From contig OZ219746.1 in assembly GCA_964291265.2 (NCBI GenBank), positions 288,001 to 352,000 on the forward strand: a DNA stretch of 64,000 bases, given 5' to 3'. The position numbers were made by a program, and so were the translations under genes. The notes below the pieces were generated by a model. The model saw only the letters and a list, made by a program, of their open reading frames with translations, did no database searches and was not told the DNA's origin. This document shows positions 1 through 9,901 of the stretch, piece by piece (the stretch's first letter is position 1; the number at the start of each line of letters is the position of its first letter). This stretch comes from Alphaproteobacteria bacterium (GTDB taxonomy: Bacteria; Pseudomonadota; Alphaproteobacteria; SP197).

Positions 1-978
1 AATGTCACCATCAGGGATGACACCTGCCACATCGCCATCGACAGCCCTCCGCAGATTCCCTATTTCATCAATTCCTACGAGGGCAACTCCTACTCCGGCG
101 TCTATCTCGGTCTGATGATGTTCGCGCAACTGCCGCCACCCTACAACGAGGGGCTTTATCGCTGTGTCAGCGTCGACATGGGCCCCAAGGGCACGCTGTG
201 CAACGCTCAAGAACCCGCACCGCATGCCAACTGCACGACGACACCTATGGAAACACTGACCGATGCGGTGCGGCTCGCCTTCGAAAGGGCAGCGCCCGAC
301 AGGGTGTCGGCGAGTTGGGGGCACGCCAACGGCTGCACGATTTCGGGCTGGGATGCACGGCACAACGAGGAATACGTCACGATGGTGCTTGCCACGATCA
401 TTTCCGGTGCCGGGGCCACACCCAGCCAGGACGGCTGGCACGCCGTAGGACCGGAGTGTTGTTTCGGAGCCCTGACGTCAGGTGACATCGAACTTCTCGA
501 ACATGCCTATCCGGTCATCATCCACGGCTATTCTCTGATGACCGATTCCGGCGGTGCGGGAAAGTTCCGCGGCGGCTCCGGAACGCGCTGGGAAGTGGAG
601 CCGCTCGAAGGTGAGATGACCTATGTCACCTTTGGCGAGGGCCGCCGCATTCCGGCGATGGGCGCTTCCGGCGCGGCCTCGGCCTTGATCGAACCCAAGG
701 TTGGCAAGCTCGAGATCACCCGCAACGGCGAGACCGTCACCATCAAGGAGAACGTCATCGAGACGATTCGTCCGGGAGAACGGGCGGCCAACAAGAATCC
801 CGGTGGCGGTGGATACGGAAATCCCTTCGAGCGTGATGTCGAGAAGGTGCTCCAGGATGTGAAGAACGGTCTTGTCTCGGTCGTCGGTGCACGTGAAGAC
901 TACGGTGTCGTTATCGCTGATGATCGGGTGCTGACGGTGGACCGCACCGCTACCGACGCACTGCGCGCCGGCTGCTGA
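1..978 (+). CDS. Hydantoinase B/oxoprolinase family protein (5'-partial)
   Basis: Frame is open from base 1; motifs DSGGAGKFRGG and PGGGGYGNPFERDVEKVLQDV typical of HyuB/OplA C-terminus; followed by a HyuA-like gene. Confidence 0.9.
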   Translation, partial: NVTIRDDTCHIAIDSPPQIPYFINSYEGNSYSGVYLGLMMFAQLPPPYNEGLYRCVSVDMGPKGTLCNAQEPAPHANCTTTPMETLTDAVRLAFERAAPDRVSASWGHANGCTISGWDARHNEEYVTMVLATIISGAGATPSQDGWHAVGPECCFGALTSGDIELLEHAYPVIIHGYSLMTDSGGAGKFRGGSGTRWEVEPLEGEMTYVTFGEGRRIPAMGASGAASALIEPKVGKLEITRNGETVTIKENVIETIRPGERAANKNPGGGGYGNPFERDVEKVLQDVKNGLVSVVGAREDYGVVIADDRVLTVDRTATDALRAGC

Positions 979-990
979 GGGCGCTCCGGG

Positions 991-3069
991 ATGGCGACAT
1001 ACAGACTCGGCATCGACGCCGGCGGGACCTTTACCGATTTCGTGCTGGCCTCTCGGGGTGGTGGTGTTCGTCTCTTCAAGGCGCTATCGACACCCGGTGA
1101 TCCGACGGCCGCGATCCGTGCTGGCCTTTCCCTGATGGCCGAAGCGACCGGCGAGAGTCCGGAGAGTCTGGTCGCGAACGCGGACCTCTGCATCAACGGC
1201 ACGACCGTCGCGCTCAATGCACTCATCCAGCACCAGGGGGCCTCCACAGGACTGATCTGCACCGCCGGGCACGAGGACAGCATCGAGATCCGCCTGGGGC
1301 ACAAGGAGGATGGCTACCGCTATGACACCGAGTATCCGCCGGCAACCATGCTCGTGCCCCGCTACCTGCGCCGAGGTGTTCGCGAGCGGGTGATCTCCGA
1401 CGGTTCGATCCACACGCCCATGGTCGAGGATGATGTCCGCGCCGCCTGCGAGCTCTTTCTCAAGGAGGGTATCCGCTCGGTCGCCGTCTCCTTCGTCTGG
1501 TCGGTGCTCAATCCCGTCCACGAGCGGCGTGCCGCCGCCATCGTGACCGAGATGATGCCGGACGCCCTCCTGACCATCGGTTGTGAACTCTATCCGCAGG
1601 TGCGCGAATACACGCGGACATCGACGGCGGTGGTCAATGCCTATCTCGGTCCGGTACTGCGCTCTTATGCGAATGCGGTCGACGATTATTTTCGGGAACT
1701 CGGTGCAAGGAACCCCGTGCGCTTTTTCCAGTCGAACGGAGGACTCGCCACCGGCAACGTGCTCTCGGACCGCTCCGTCTATGCGATCAATTCCGGTCCG
1801 GCTTCGGCACCGCAGGCGGGGCTCCATGTAGCGGCGCCGTTCGGGGAGAACAACATCATCACCGTTGACATGGGCGGAACGTCCTTCGACATCACGCTCA
1901 CCAGGAACGGTGTTTCCAATATCACCAAGAACATCGACTTCCTCCGCTACCGTCTCGGCGTACCGATGATCCAGGTCGAGACACTCGGTGCCGGTGGGGG
2001 ATCCATCGGCAGGATCGATGAACTCGGACTCCTGCAGGTCGGACCGGAGAGCGCCGGTGCCGATCCGGGACCTGCCTGCTACGCTCGGGGCGGGCACCGG
2101 CCGACGGTGTCCGATGCCAACCTCGTGCTCGGCTACCTCAATCCCGAGGGTCTTGTCGGTGGCATCCTGCCGCTGGACAGACGACAGGCGATGGAGGCCA
2201 TCCGGACCCACGTGGCCGAGCCGCTCGGCATCAGCGTCGAGACCGCAGCCTTCGGCATCTACACCATCGTCAACGCCAACATGGTCAATGGCATCCGCCG
2301 GGTGTCCGTGGAGCGCGGCGACGATCCCCGGGACTTCACGCTTGTCGGCGCCGGCGGTGCGACCGCGGCGCACATCACCGCACTGGCTCGCGAGATGGAG
2401 ATCCGCAGGGTCCTGATCCCCAAGCTCGCTTCGGGCCTGTGCGCTTTCGGACAGATCATTTCCGATGTGAAGTACAACTACATGGCGCCTTTCCCGGCGC
2501 GTTTCGAAGGAGAGGCAACCGCCGGAGAACTCGCCCGGACCTTCGCGGCGATCGAGGCGCGTGGTCTGCGCGACCTCGAGGAAGATGGTTTCTCGCGCGA
2601 CCGGATCGACATCCAGCGTTCACTCGACATGCGCTATGTCGGGCAGGTTCACGAATGCATGGTGGAGATTGGCGACATGGCAATCACGTGCGAGTCCCTC
2701 GAAACCATCCGTGACGCCTTCCACAGACGCCACGAGGAGCTCTACACCTATTCCGAGCCTCACAGCGTTGTTGAGGTGGTGAATATCGAGAGCGCGGTTT
2801 TCGGCCGCATTGACAAGCCGCAAGGTGTGGAACTGCCGGCATCCGACGGGCCGGAGGCTGCAGTGAAGGGGGCGCGGGACCTGATCCTCTCAGCTGATGG
2901 CGGCGTCCACGGTGTTTGCGTCTTCGATGGCAACAGGCTCGGAGCCGGTGACAGGATCACGGGCCCGGCCGTCATCGAGGAGGACACGACGACCATCCTC
3001 CTCACGCCGGGTTGGCGGGCGGAGCTTCACCCTTCGGGTGTCTACGTCCTCACCGATCATGGTGCCTGA
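991..3069 (+). CDS. Hydantoinase A/oxoprolinase family protein
   Basis: LGIDAGGTFTD, GTTVALNAL, VDMGGTSFD, GAGGGSI, GPESAGADPGPACY. Confidence 0.93.
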   Translation: MATYRLGIDAGGTFTDFVLASRGGGVRLFKALSTPGDPTAAIRAGLSLMAEATGESPESLVANADLCINGTTVALNALIQHQGASTGLICTAGHEDSIEIRLGHKEDGYRYDTEYPPATMLVPRYLRRGVRERVISDGSIHTPMVEDDVRAACELFLKEGIRSVAVSFVWSVLNPVHERRAAAIVTEMMPDALLTIGCELYPQVREYTRTSTAVVNAYLGPVLRSYANAVDDYFRELGARNPVRFFQSNGGLATGNVLSDRSVYAINSGPASAPQAGLHVAAPFGENNIITVDMGGTSFDITLTRNGVSNITKNIDFLRYRLGVPMIQVETLGAGGGSIGRIDELGLLQVGPESAGADPGPACYARGGHRPTVSDANLVLGYLNPEGLVGGILPLDRRQAMEAIRTHVAEPLGISVETAAFGIYTIVNANMVNGIRRVSVERGDDPRDFTLVGAGGATAAHITALAREMEIRRVLIPKLASGLCAFGQIISDVKYNYMAPFPARFEGEATAGELARTFAAIEARGLRDLEEDGFSRDRIDIQRSLDMRYVGQVHECMVEIGDMAITCESLETIRDAFHRRHEELYTYSEPHSVVEVVNIESAVFGRIDKPQGVELPASDGPEAAVKGARDLILSADGGVHGVCVFDGNRLGAGDRITGPAVIEEDTTTILLTPGWRAELHPSGVYVLTDHGA

Positions 3070-3206
3070 CCGCAAGCATCCTCCCAGAGGAACGTGCACC
3101 GACAGGGTGCAGGCCCCTCGCAGGGTTTGCTCGACAACCTTCGGAGCACCGGCGATTCAGCCATCGGTGGTCGGCCGCATGCGCTTCCGGCCAGGGTGAT
3201 CCTGCG

Positions 3207-4208
3207 TCAGTCCCGCTCCGGGCGGCTCGTAGCGGCCAGAAATCGTTCAAGGGAACCGCGGATCACCTTCTCCTCGAGGCCACGGGTGATGAAGACGATT
3301 CGCGACGAACGATCCCCGTCCGGCCAGCGCCTGAGGTGCATCGGTGGGTGCACGACATGCTGAACACCGTGGAGCACCACCGGTGTTTCCGAGTCCTCGA
3401 CATTGAGGATGCCCTTGACGCGGAGCACCCGTTCTCCATGGGCATGAAGGAGCATCGTCATCCACACGCCGAAGGCGGTCCAGTCGATGAGGCCTTCGAA
3501 ACGCAGCACGAAGGTCCCAGTGGAGGTCGCGTCGAGATGGTGGTCGATGGTCGAGGCACCGGCGAGCCAGCGGGCGACTTCCGTCTCGCGGCGCTCTGCA
3601 GCGGCGACATCGTCCGAGAACAGGAAGTCCGCGTCGAAGGCGCGTCCCGACCCGTGGTGAAGGCCGGCCATCGGCGAGACGGCCCTGACCTGCGCCTCGA
3701 GGGTCTCCACGGCCTCGGCTGTGGCAAGGTCGCACTTCGTGATGAGTACCCGGTCGGCCATGGCGAGCTGCTTGACGGCCTCGTCCTGGCGGGCCAGCGT
3801 GGATTTGCCGGCCACGGCCTCCACCGTGCAGATGGTGTTGCCGATGCAGAAGTGGTTGCGGATCACGGGTTCTGCAGCGACGGTCGAGACAATGGGTGCC
3901 GGGTCGGCGAGACCGGTCGTCTCGACCACGACCCGGCTGAAAGCCGGGATCGCACCCTTTGCGGCCTTCGCCTGCAGCGATTTCAGGGTGTCTCTGAGGT
4001 CACTGCGAATGGTGCAGCACAGGCAGCCCGATTCCAGCAACAGGACTCCTTCCTCGACCTCCTCGAGGAGAATGTGGTCGAGTCCGACCTCGCCGAACTC
4101 ATTGACGATTACGGCGGTATCGGCGAACGCCGGACGCGAAAGGATGTCGCGCAACAGCGTCGTCTTTCCCGACCCCAGGAAGCCTGTGACGATGTTGACA
4201 GGAATCAC
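3207..4208 (-). CDS. CobW/COG0523 family GTPase metallochaperone
   Basis: TGFLGSGKTT, NEFGEVGLD, GCLCC, ETTGLADP, C-terminal LRVKG..HGVQ; GTG start overlaps the upstream stop (GTGA). Confidence 0.92.
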   Translation of the reverse strand: MIPVNIVTGFLGSGKTTLLRDILSRPAFADTAVIVNEFGEVGLDHILLEEVEEGVLLLESGCLCCTIRSDLRDTLKSLQAKAAKGAIPAFSRVVVETTGLADPAPIVSTVAAEPVIRNHFCIGNTICTVEAVAGKSTLARQDEAVKQLAMADRVLITKCDLATAEAVETLEAQVRAVSPMAGLHHGSGRAFDADFLFSDDVAAAERRETEVARWLAGASTIDHHLDATSTGTFVLRFEGLIDWTAFGVWMTMLLHAHGERVLRVKGILNVEDSETPVVLHGVQHVVHPPMHLRRWPDGDRSSRIVFITRGLEEKVIRGSLERFLAATSRPERD

Positions 4209-4528
4209 GTTCCGATGTCGCCGATTGCCCTGAGCCAAGCCGGATCGCACGGGTCAGCGGGGGCGCCGCGAAGCCGTTCCACGGCCCCCCAGACGGCCTG
4301 GATGTCGTCGACGATTTCCTTCTTCCCCGTCGCCGTGGAGACCACATAGGCGGTGGCCTGGAAGTCGGCAACCGTTATCCTGAACGGTGCCAGTGCGCGA
4401 TTGACCACGGCCATGCGGTTCAAGCGTTCCGAGCGAATGGTGCGCCTGCGAGATCCCGTGAAGGTGTCGGGATGTGCCGACATCTCCGTCCAGTGGGTGA
4501 TTCCCAGAAGCCCGCAGAGTCCGCACAT
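4205..4528 (-). CDS. Small hypothetical protein with N-terminal MCGLCG..HW motif (putative metal-binding)
   Basis: 107 aa; starts 4 nt after the deacetylase stop and its stop overlaps the CobW start. Confidence 0.75.
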   Translation of the reverse strand: MCGLCGLLGITHWTEMSAHPDTFTGSRRRTIRSERLNRMAVVNRALAPFRITVADFQATAYVVSTATGKKEIVDDIQAVWGAVERLRGAPADPCDPAWLRAIGDIGT

Positions 4529-4532
4529 GGCG

Positions 4533-5408
4533 TCAGCGCGGAAAGCGCCTGTCGTAGTCGTTCGCGATCTCGTCGAACGTGGTGAATGTCACGCCCGGAT
4601 GGCTGCTGACATGGGCATAGATGCGTTCGAGCATCAACAGCACCTGGGGCTTGCCCGAGACGTCGGGGTGGATCGTGAAGGTCACGACCGCATAGTCCAT
4701 CTCGCGATAGACCCAGTCAAACTGATCGCGCCAGATCTCCTCGAGGTGGCGGGGGTTGACGAATCCGTGACTGTTGGGGGCGGCCTTCATGAACATCATC
4801 GGCGGCAAGTCATCGAGGTACCATGATGCCGGAATCTCGATGAGATCGGTCTCCGTACCGCGTACCAGAGGCTTCATCCATTCCTCGGCCTTCTTCGAGT
4901 AGTCGATCTTGGTCCAGGTGTCACCGACACGCACACGGTAGGGTGTGAAGTCGTCGTGCATGAGCGAGTGGTCGTACTTGATGCCCTTCTTGAGAAGGAG
5001 TTCGTTGGACACTGCGGAAAACTCCCACCACGGTGCAACGTAACCCGTGGGTCGGCGACCGCACAGCCGCTCGATCAGTTCGATGGACTTGTCCATGACC
5101 GTTTCTTCCTGTTCGGGAGTCATGGCAATGGGATTTTCGTGGCTGTATCCATGCATGCCGATCTCGTGGCCGGCATCGGCAATGGCCTTCATCTGATCGG
5201 GAAAGGTCTCCAGGGAATGGCCGGGGATGAACCATGTGGCCTTGATGCCGAAGCGCTCCAGAAGCTGAAGAATGCGCATCGAGCCGACCTCGCCGGAGAA
5301 CATGCCGCGGCTGATGTCGCAAGGGCTGTCCTCGCCCCCGTAGGATCCGAGCCAGCCGCCGACGGCATCCACATCGATTCCGAATGCGCAGAAAATTTCC
5401 TTGGTCAT
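4533..5408 (-). CDS. Polysaccharide deacetylase (CE4, PuuE/HP0310-like) amidohydrolase
   Basis: [53 protein letters not shown]. Confidence 0.9.
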   Translation of the reverse strand: MTKEIFCAFGIDVDAVGGWLGSYGGEDSPCDISRGMFSGEVGSMRILQLLERFGIKATWFIPGHSLETFPDQMKAIADAGHEIGMHGYSHENPIAMTPEQEETVMDKSIELIERLCGRRPTGYVAPWWEFSAVSNELLLKKGIKYDHSLMHDDFTPYRVRVGDTWTKIDYSKKAEEWMKPLVRGTETDLIEIPASWYLDDLPPMMFMKAAPNSHGFVNPRHLEEIWRDQFDWVYREMDYAVVTFTIHPDVSGKPQVLLMLERIYAHVSSHPGVTFTTFDEIANDYDRRFPR

Positions 5409-5488
5409 GACCGTGTCCCTTGATTCTGGGCGCCATGCTAACCGCTCGATGGAGCGGAGTCACCATGAAGGATGCACCGGGGCCCGTG

Positions 5489-6595
5489 TCAGTCGGCCTC
5501 AATGACGATGGTCGCCCTGTCCCTTCGCCAGCTCAGATCGACATTCGACCCGGGAACGATCGTGCCGTCCTCGATCTTGGTGCGGTGGGCCTCGAGGCGA
5601 ACGGACATCCGTTCGTCGAGGCGGACACCGACGTGAACGATCTGTCCCACGCGGTCGAGTGCCGTGACAACACCCTGGACATGATCATGGTCCGCGGTGT
5701 GTGCCGTCGCAACTGCAGAGGAGATATGAACGTATTCGGATGGAACCACGACCATGGCGCGCGATCCTGCCGCTGCGCTGCCATCGAATCCCGGCACGCC
5801 GTGAAGCCTGCCAAATCGTGTGTCGACCACCGCCGCTTGCGGCGGCGAGGAGACGAGGGTGCCTTCGATGATCTTGTTGCGGCCGATGAAGCGCGCGACA
5901 AATGGAGACGCAGGGCGGGTGTAGAGTTCGAACGGGTTGGAGATCTGCTCGATCCGTCCGGCGTTCATGACGACCACTCGGTCACCCATGCTCAGCGCTT
6001 CCGACTGGGCATGGGTGACGAAGACAAACGTGATTCCGAGATCACGCTGGAGAATCTTCAGTTCTTCCTGAATCGACTTCCGCAGATTGGCATCGAGTGC
6101 GCCAAGCGGTTCGTCGAGAAGGAGGATGCCCGGTTCGGTCACGAGTCCGCGACCGAGCGCGAGGCGCTGCTTCTGCCCGCCCGACAGGGAACTTTCGTTC
6201 TCGTCGGCGACATTGCCGAGTTCGAGTTTGTCGATCATGGTGTCGACCCTGCGTTTCATGTCGTCAGGGGGCACCTTGCGGACCCTCAGCCCGTACTCGA
6301 TGTTCTGCCGCACGGTCATATGCGGGAAGATGGCGTAGTTCTGGAAGATGGTGGCGGTGGGCCGCCGCTCCGTGGGGACGCGGGTGTAGTCCTTGCCACG
6401 GATCAGGAGATGGCCGGCCGTTATGCTCTCAAGTCCGGCGATCATGCGCAGCGTCGTCGTCTTGCCGCATCCGGACGGTCCCACGAACGAGATGAACTCC
6501 CCGCGCTCCACGGCGAGATCGAACGCCTCCACGGCGACGGTGCCGCCGGGATACACCTTTCTCAGGCCGATGAGTTCGAGGTCGATGTCCGCCAT
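5489..6595 (-). CDS. ABC transporter ATP-binding protein (PotA-like)
   Basis: GPSGCGKTT, LSGGQKQR, LLLDEP, VTH; C-terminal TOBE-like region; start reassigned to MADIDLEL. Confidence 0.92.
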   Translation of the reverse strand: MADIDLELIGLRKVYPGGTVAVEAFDLAVERGEFISFVGPSGCGKTTTLRMIAGLESITAGHLLIRGKDYTRVPTERRPTATIFQNYAIFPHMTVRQNIEYGLRVRKVPPDDMKRRVDTMIDKLELGNVADENESSLSGGQKQRLALGRGLVTEPGILLLDEPLGALDANLRKSIQEELKILQRDLGITFVFVTHAQSEALSMGDRVVVMNAGRIEQISNPFELYTRPASPFVARFIGRNKIIEGTLVSSPPQAAVVDTRFGRLHGVPGFDGSAAAGSRAMVVVPSEYVHISSAVATAHTADHDHVQGVVTALDRVGQIVHVGVRLDERMSVRLEAHRTKIEDGTIVPGSNVDLSWRRDRATIVIEAD

Positions 6596-6681
6596 GGGCC
6601 GGAATCTTCTCAAGGTCCTTGTTGCTGAAACGATGGAACGGGAGGATGCCCGAGCGGACAACCTCCCGCCGCCGGTGCCGT

Positions 6682-7902
6682 TCAGGCGCTCAGGAACTCG
6701 TCCCACTTCATGATGAGGTGGTCGTATTCGTCCGGCCACTGGTGCCAGTACTTGATATGCGCCGCCCGGGTCTCGAGAGAACCGCCATCACGCAGGTCGC
6801 CTTCCATGATGCCGCGATCGGGTGCGCCGACCCATGGCATGCCCTCATACCAGAAGCCGTACCTGTCAGGGTCCATGACGTCCTTGATGTTGGTCGTCGG
6901 CGAATAGTAGCCCTGTTCGGACACGGTGATGGCCGGCGGACCCGACAGCCAATAGTCGCAATAGGCGATCACGGCCTCCGTATTCGGGGAGTTGGCGATG
7001 AGAGAGTTGCCGATGGACCAGGCGCGGTAACCCTCGCGCGGCACCGCATAGGAGCACTCGATACCCTGGGCCTTGACCGCCATGACGGCCGGCTGCCAGG
7101 CGTCGGCGAGGATCATCTCGCCCGAAGCGAGGAGGTTCACCAGTTCGCCGAAGTCACCCCACAGTGAACGGAACTGGCCATCCTTCTTCTTCGAGACAAG
7201 GAACTTCGCAGCCTCGTCGATTTCCTCGGTCGAGGGGTTGCCCGGGTTCTCGTTCTCGAGCATGCCCATCGAGGTCATGGCCAGCACCGCCTGGCCGAAC
7301 GCGATGAGCGGGTCGACGTTGAGACCTGTCTTGCCCTTGAACTTGGGATCGAAGATCGATGTCCAGGTGTTGGCTTCTTCGGCGTCCACAAGGTCCGGGC
7401 GGTAGCCGATGGAGTCGAAGTTGTAGACGGTCGGCACCATCCACAGCTCGGTCTTGGCGTTATCGGCCCAGATCTGCCCCGAAATCTGTGCACGCGCCTC
7501 CATGCGCGTGTCCGTATCGATGAAGGTCGGGCGAATGTTGGCCCAGTTCTTCAGTTCAGATGTGGGAATCGGTTTGATCGTGTTGGTGATGGTCATCGCC
7601 GGCAAGCGCTCGCCGATGGTCTCCCAGACGTCATAGGCGTCGGATCCCGAGAGCAGTTCGGTCTGCGTGTTGGGGAAGATGTCGGCCTTGCCCGAAACCG
7701 AACCCACGCCCGATTTTTCCTTGAAGTCGTTGAGAATGCGTTCCTGTACCGTGACCGACAGCCCGACCGTGCGCAGTTCCTGGTCGGCGAGATGGTTATC
7801 GGCAAGCGCCATCTGCGGTGTCAACAGCATGGCCCCCGTACCGAGCGCAGTGCTGCCGGCGAGGAAGCCTCGCCGTGAAGTGGTGATGTCTTTCATTGTC
7901 AT
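6682..7902 (-). CDS. ABC substrate-binding protein (PotD/PotF-like), Tat-exported
   Basis: SRRGFLAG twin-arginine signal; PotD-like motifs (WTSIFDPKFKGK, VPREGY); adjacent to the ATPase. Confidence 0.85.
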   Translation of the reverse strand: MTMKDITTSRRGFLAGSTALGTGAMLLTPQMALADNHLADQELRTVGLSVTVQERILNDFKEKSGVGSVSGKADIFPNTQTELLSGSDAYDVWETIGERLPAMTITNTIKPIPTSELKNWANIRPTFIDTDTRMEARAQISGQIWADNAKTELWMVPTVYNFDSIGYRPDLVDAEEANTWTSIFDPKFKGKTGLNVDPLIAFGQAVLAMTSMGMLENENPGNPSTEEIDEAAKFLVSKKKDGQFRSLWGDFGELVNLLASGEMILADAWQPAVMAVKAQGIECSYAVPREGYRAWSIGNSLIANSPNTEAVIAYCDYWLSGPPAITVSEQGYYSPTTNIKDVMDPDRYGFWYEGMPWVGAPDRGIMEGDLRDGGSLETRAAHIKYWHQWPDEYDHLIMKWDEFLSA

Positions 7903-7944
7903 GGTTCTCCAGAGTTCAGAGTTTCGACCGCAAGCAGGAACGGC

Positions 7945-8697
7945 CTAGTAGCGGCCGACCAGTAGACCCCCATCCACTGTCACGACCTGGCCGGTCATAT
8001 ACCGGGCCGCATCGGATGCGAGGAACACAATGACGTCGGCAATGTCGTCCGCTTCGCCGACACGCCCCATGGGGATGAACTCGGCAGCCTTCTCAAGGCC
8101 TTCACGGCCGAGAGAATGTTCCTCCGACAGAGCCTGCGCGGTGCGGACGTAGCCGGGCGCCACACCGTTGACCCGGATTCCGTCGCCGGCAAGCTCGACC
8201 GCGAGCCCGCGCACAAGGCCGATGACCCCGGACTTGGCGGAAGAGTAGTGCACATGCTCGTCCCAGCCGTAGGCTACTCCCATGATCGAACTCAGACAGA
8301 CGATGCTGCCCCGGCCTCTCTCGCGCATCTTGGGTGCAGCGGCGCGAACGACGCGAATCATCCCCTTGAGGTCGATGTCGAAGGTCAGGTCCCATGCCTC
8401 GTCACTGAGTCGGGCGAGCGGCGTCCTGTGGGCGATTCCGGCATTGCAAACGATGGTGTCGAAGGCACCGTGACGGGCTTCGACAGCGGCCACGACGGCA
8501 TTCGCCTGCTCCGTCGAGGTCACGTCGAGCGCATGGAACTCCGCTTCACCTCCACCGGCGCCGATGGCGTCCGCCACCATGGTCCCTTCGCCCTCGAGAA
8601 TATCCGTGACAATGACCCGAAATCCGGCGTCCGCGAACGCATGGGCCGTTGCTCGGCCAATGCCGATGCCGGCACCGGTGATCATGACAGTCTTCAC
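7945..8697 (-). CDS. SDR family oxidoreductase
   Basis: TGAGIGIG, NAGI, YSSAK, IRVNGVAPG, MTGQVVTVDGG; GTG start after GGAGAGG. Confidence 0.93.
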   Translation of the reverse strand: MKTVMITGAGIGIGRATAHAFADAGFRVIVTDILEGEGTMVADAIGAGGGEAEFHALDVTSTEQANAVVAAVEARHGAFDTIVCNAGIAHRTPLARLSDEAWDLTFDIDLKGMIRVVRAAAPKMRERGRGSIVCLSSIMGVAYGWDEHVHYSSAKSGVIGLVRGLAVELAGDGIRVNGVAPGYVRTAQALSEEHSLGREGLEKAAEFIPMGRVGEADDIADVIVFLASDAARYMTGQVVTVDGGLLVGRY

Positions 8698-8823
8698 GGC
8701 GTCCTCTCCCGAACATCCCTCGCAACACCGCCCGGAGAGCCCTTGCACTCGTTGGCGAATGCCTGATCATGGGGATGCCGAGGCTGCACCGTCGGATAAC
8801 AGGAACGTTGAGGCGCCCCCGAT

Positions 8824-8867
8824 GTCATTCGGCGCCAATCGTAGGTGAAAGACGAATGACGTGTCAA
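8824..8867 (-). promoter_or_regulatory. Putative sigma70 promoter of the SDR operon with overlapping inverted repeat
   Basis: Minus strand TTGACA (8867-8862)-N18-TACGAT (8843-8838); inverted repeat GTCATTCG (8824-8831)/CGAATGAC (8853-8860). Confidence 0.6.
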
Positions 8868-8885
8868 GACGGGTGAGTGCGAACT

Positions 8886-9240
8886 TCAGACATCCTGACC
8901 GTCCAACGTCAGGCGAGACGATTGTGGGTGTTGCGCCGTCGATGTCGCAGACGGAGGCCTGTTCCCGGATGGACGGTCCCGGACCGGTTGAGTTGGTCGA
9001 TCAGCGCCAGCAGTGCTCTTGTCGTTGCGCTGCTGGCCAGGCCCGAGGATGTTGACCCTGAGGATGCCCCTCCCATGGTTCGGCTCGACGCCGGCGTCGG
9101 CGATGAGGGTGCGGACGATCTTGGGTCGGACCTTTCCCTGGATCACGGGGCCATCATGCGGGTTTCGGCGCGATGGCAGATCATGCGGACGAGGTCGACG
9201 AGGAGGCGCCTGCAAGGGGTCTCCGGGTCGTGGTCCAGGA
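8886..9240 (-). pseudogene. Frameshifted C-terminal transposase remnant
   Basis: Joining minus-strand frames gives RRLLVDLVRMICHRAETRMM / VRTLIADAGVEP..ILRVNIL / ALIDQLNRSGTVHPGTGLRL, resembling the C-terminus of a putative transposase family (IAYRAET...LN.T.T.YPGT.L.L, from memory). Confidence 0.6.
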
Positions 9241-9505
9241 TCTGTCCTTGTGCCGCAACGCGAACGCACACGGTGTTGCTTTCCGGCGGGCGGCGTGCGT
9301 TTCATGGAGCGTGTCGGTGGCGATCGGCACCTGTCGTGGAGAAACTCTCGATTCCCGTTTCAGTGGCGCCAGGATGTCCTGGCGCGTACAACCCCCGGGC
9401 CATGACAGGGACATGGTGCCGAACGTCCTGCCGGGAAGCAGGGCATCCGCCTGGGCAGGGTTCACAGGCAGTTCAAGCCTGCGTATGGCGCGTAGAGGAC
9501 GCACG

Positions 9506-9901
9506 TCAGTGATTCGGTAGCACCTCGATATCACCGCACCGCAACAGCCGCCTGTCCGCCGTCACAAGCGACAGGCCGTGCACCTTGGCAGTGGCGACGA
9601 TGAAGCGATCTGCAGGATCCTGGTGTTCGAGGTCGACAGTGCGGCTGGTGAACGCCACATCAATGGTCAGCGGAGCCTCTGCGATGGGGGTGATTGACAT
9701 CGCCTTGCGAAGCCAACGGCGGGGATCGGGGGCGAGCACCACCCGGCCGCGCTCGGCAAGAAGCAGAGTTTCCCACACGCTGATGGGGGAGAGATGGAGC
9801 TCGACCTCGCCGGACCGCAAGGCTTTTCTTGCTGATTTGCCGAGTCGGTCCGGGTCGAGGAGGCTCCAGAGCCAGATGTGCGTATCGAGCAGCAGCCCCA
9901 T
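9506..9901 (-). CDS. vapC: Type II TA toxin, VapC/PIN family
   Basis: LLLDTHIWLW, SPISVWE, HQDPADRFIVATA, LVTAD. Confidence 0.92.
   Translation of the reverse strand: MGLLLDTHIWLWSLLDPDRLGKSARKALRSGEVELHLSPISVWETLLLAERGRVVLAPDPRRWLRKAMSITPIAEAPLTIDVAFTSRTVDLEHQDPADRFIVATAKVHGLSLVTADRRLLRCGDIEVLPNH

Noticed and set aside
3070-3206. Short hairpins between hyuA and cobW as a riboswitch or ncRNA
   Set aside because: Lies between convergent 3' ends; stems are short and GC-rich, with no recognised aptamer consensus.
9366-9385. 9-bp inverted repeat GCGCCAGGA-TG-TCCTGGCGC downstream of vapC
   Set aside because: No U tract and no second copy noticed; function cannot be supported.
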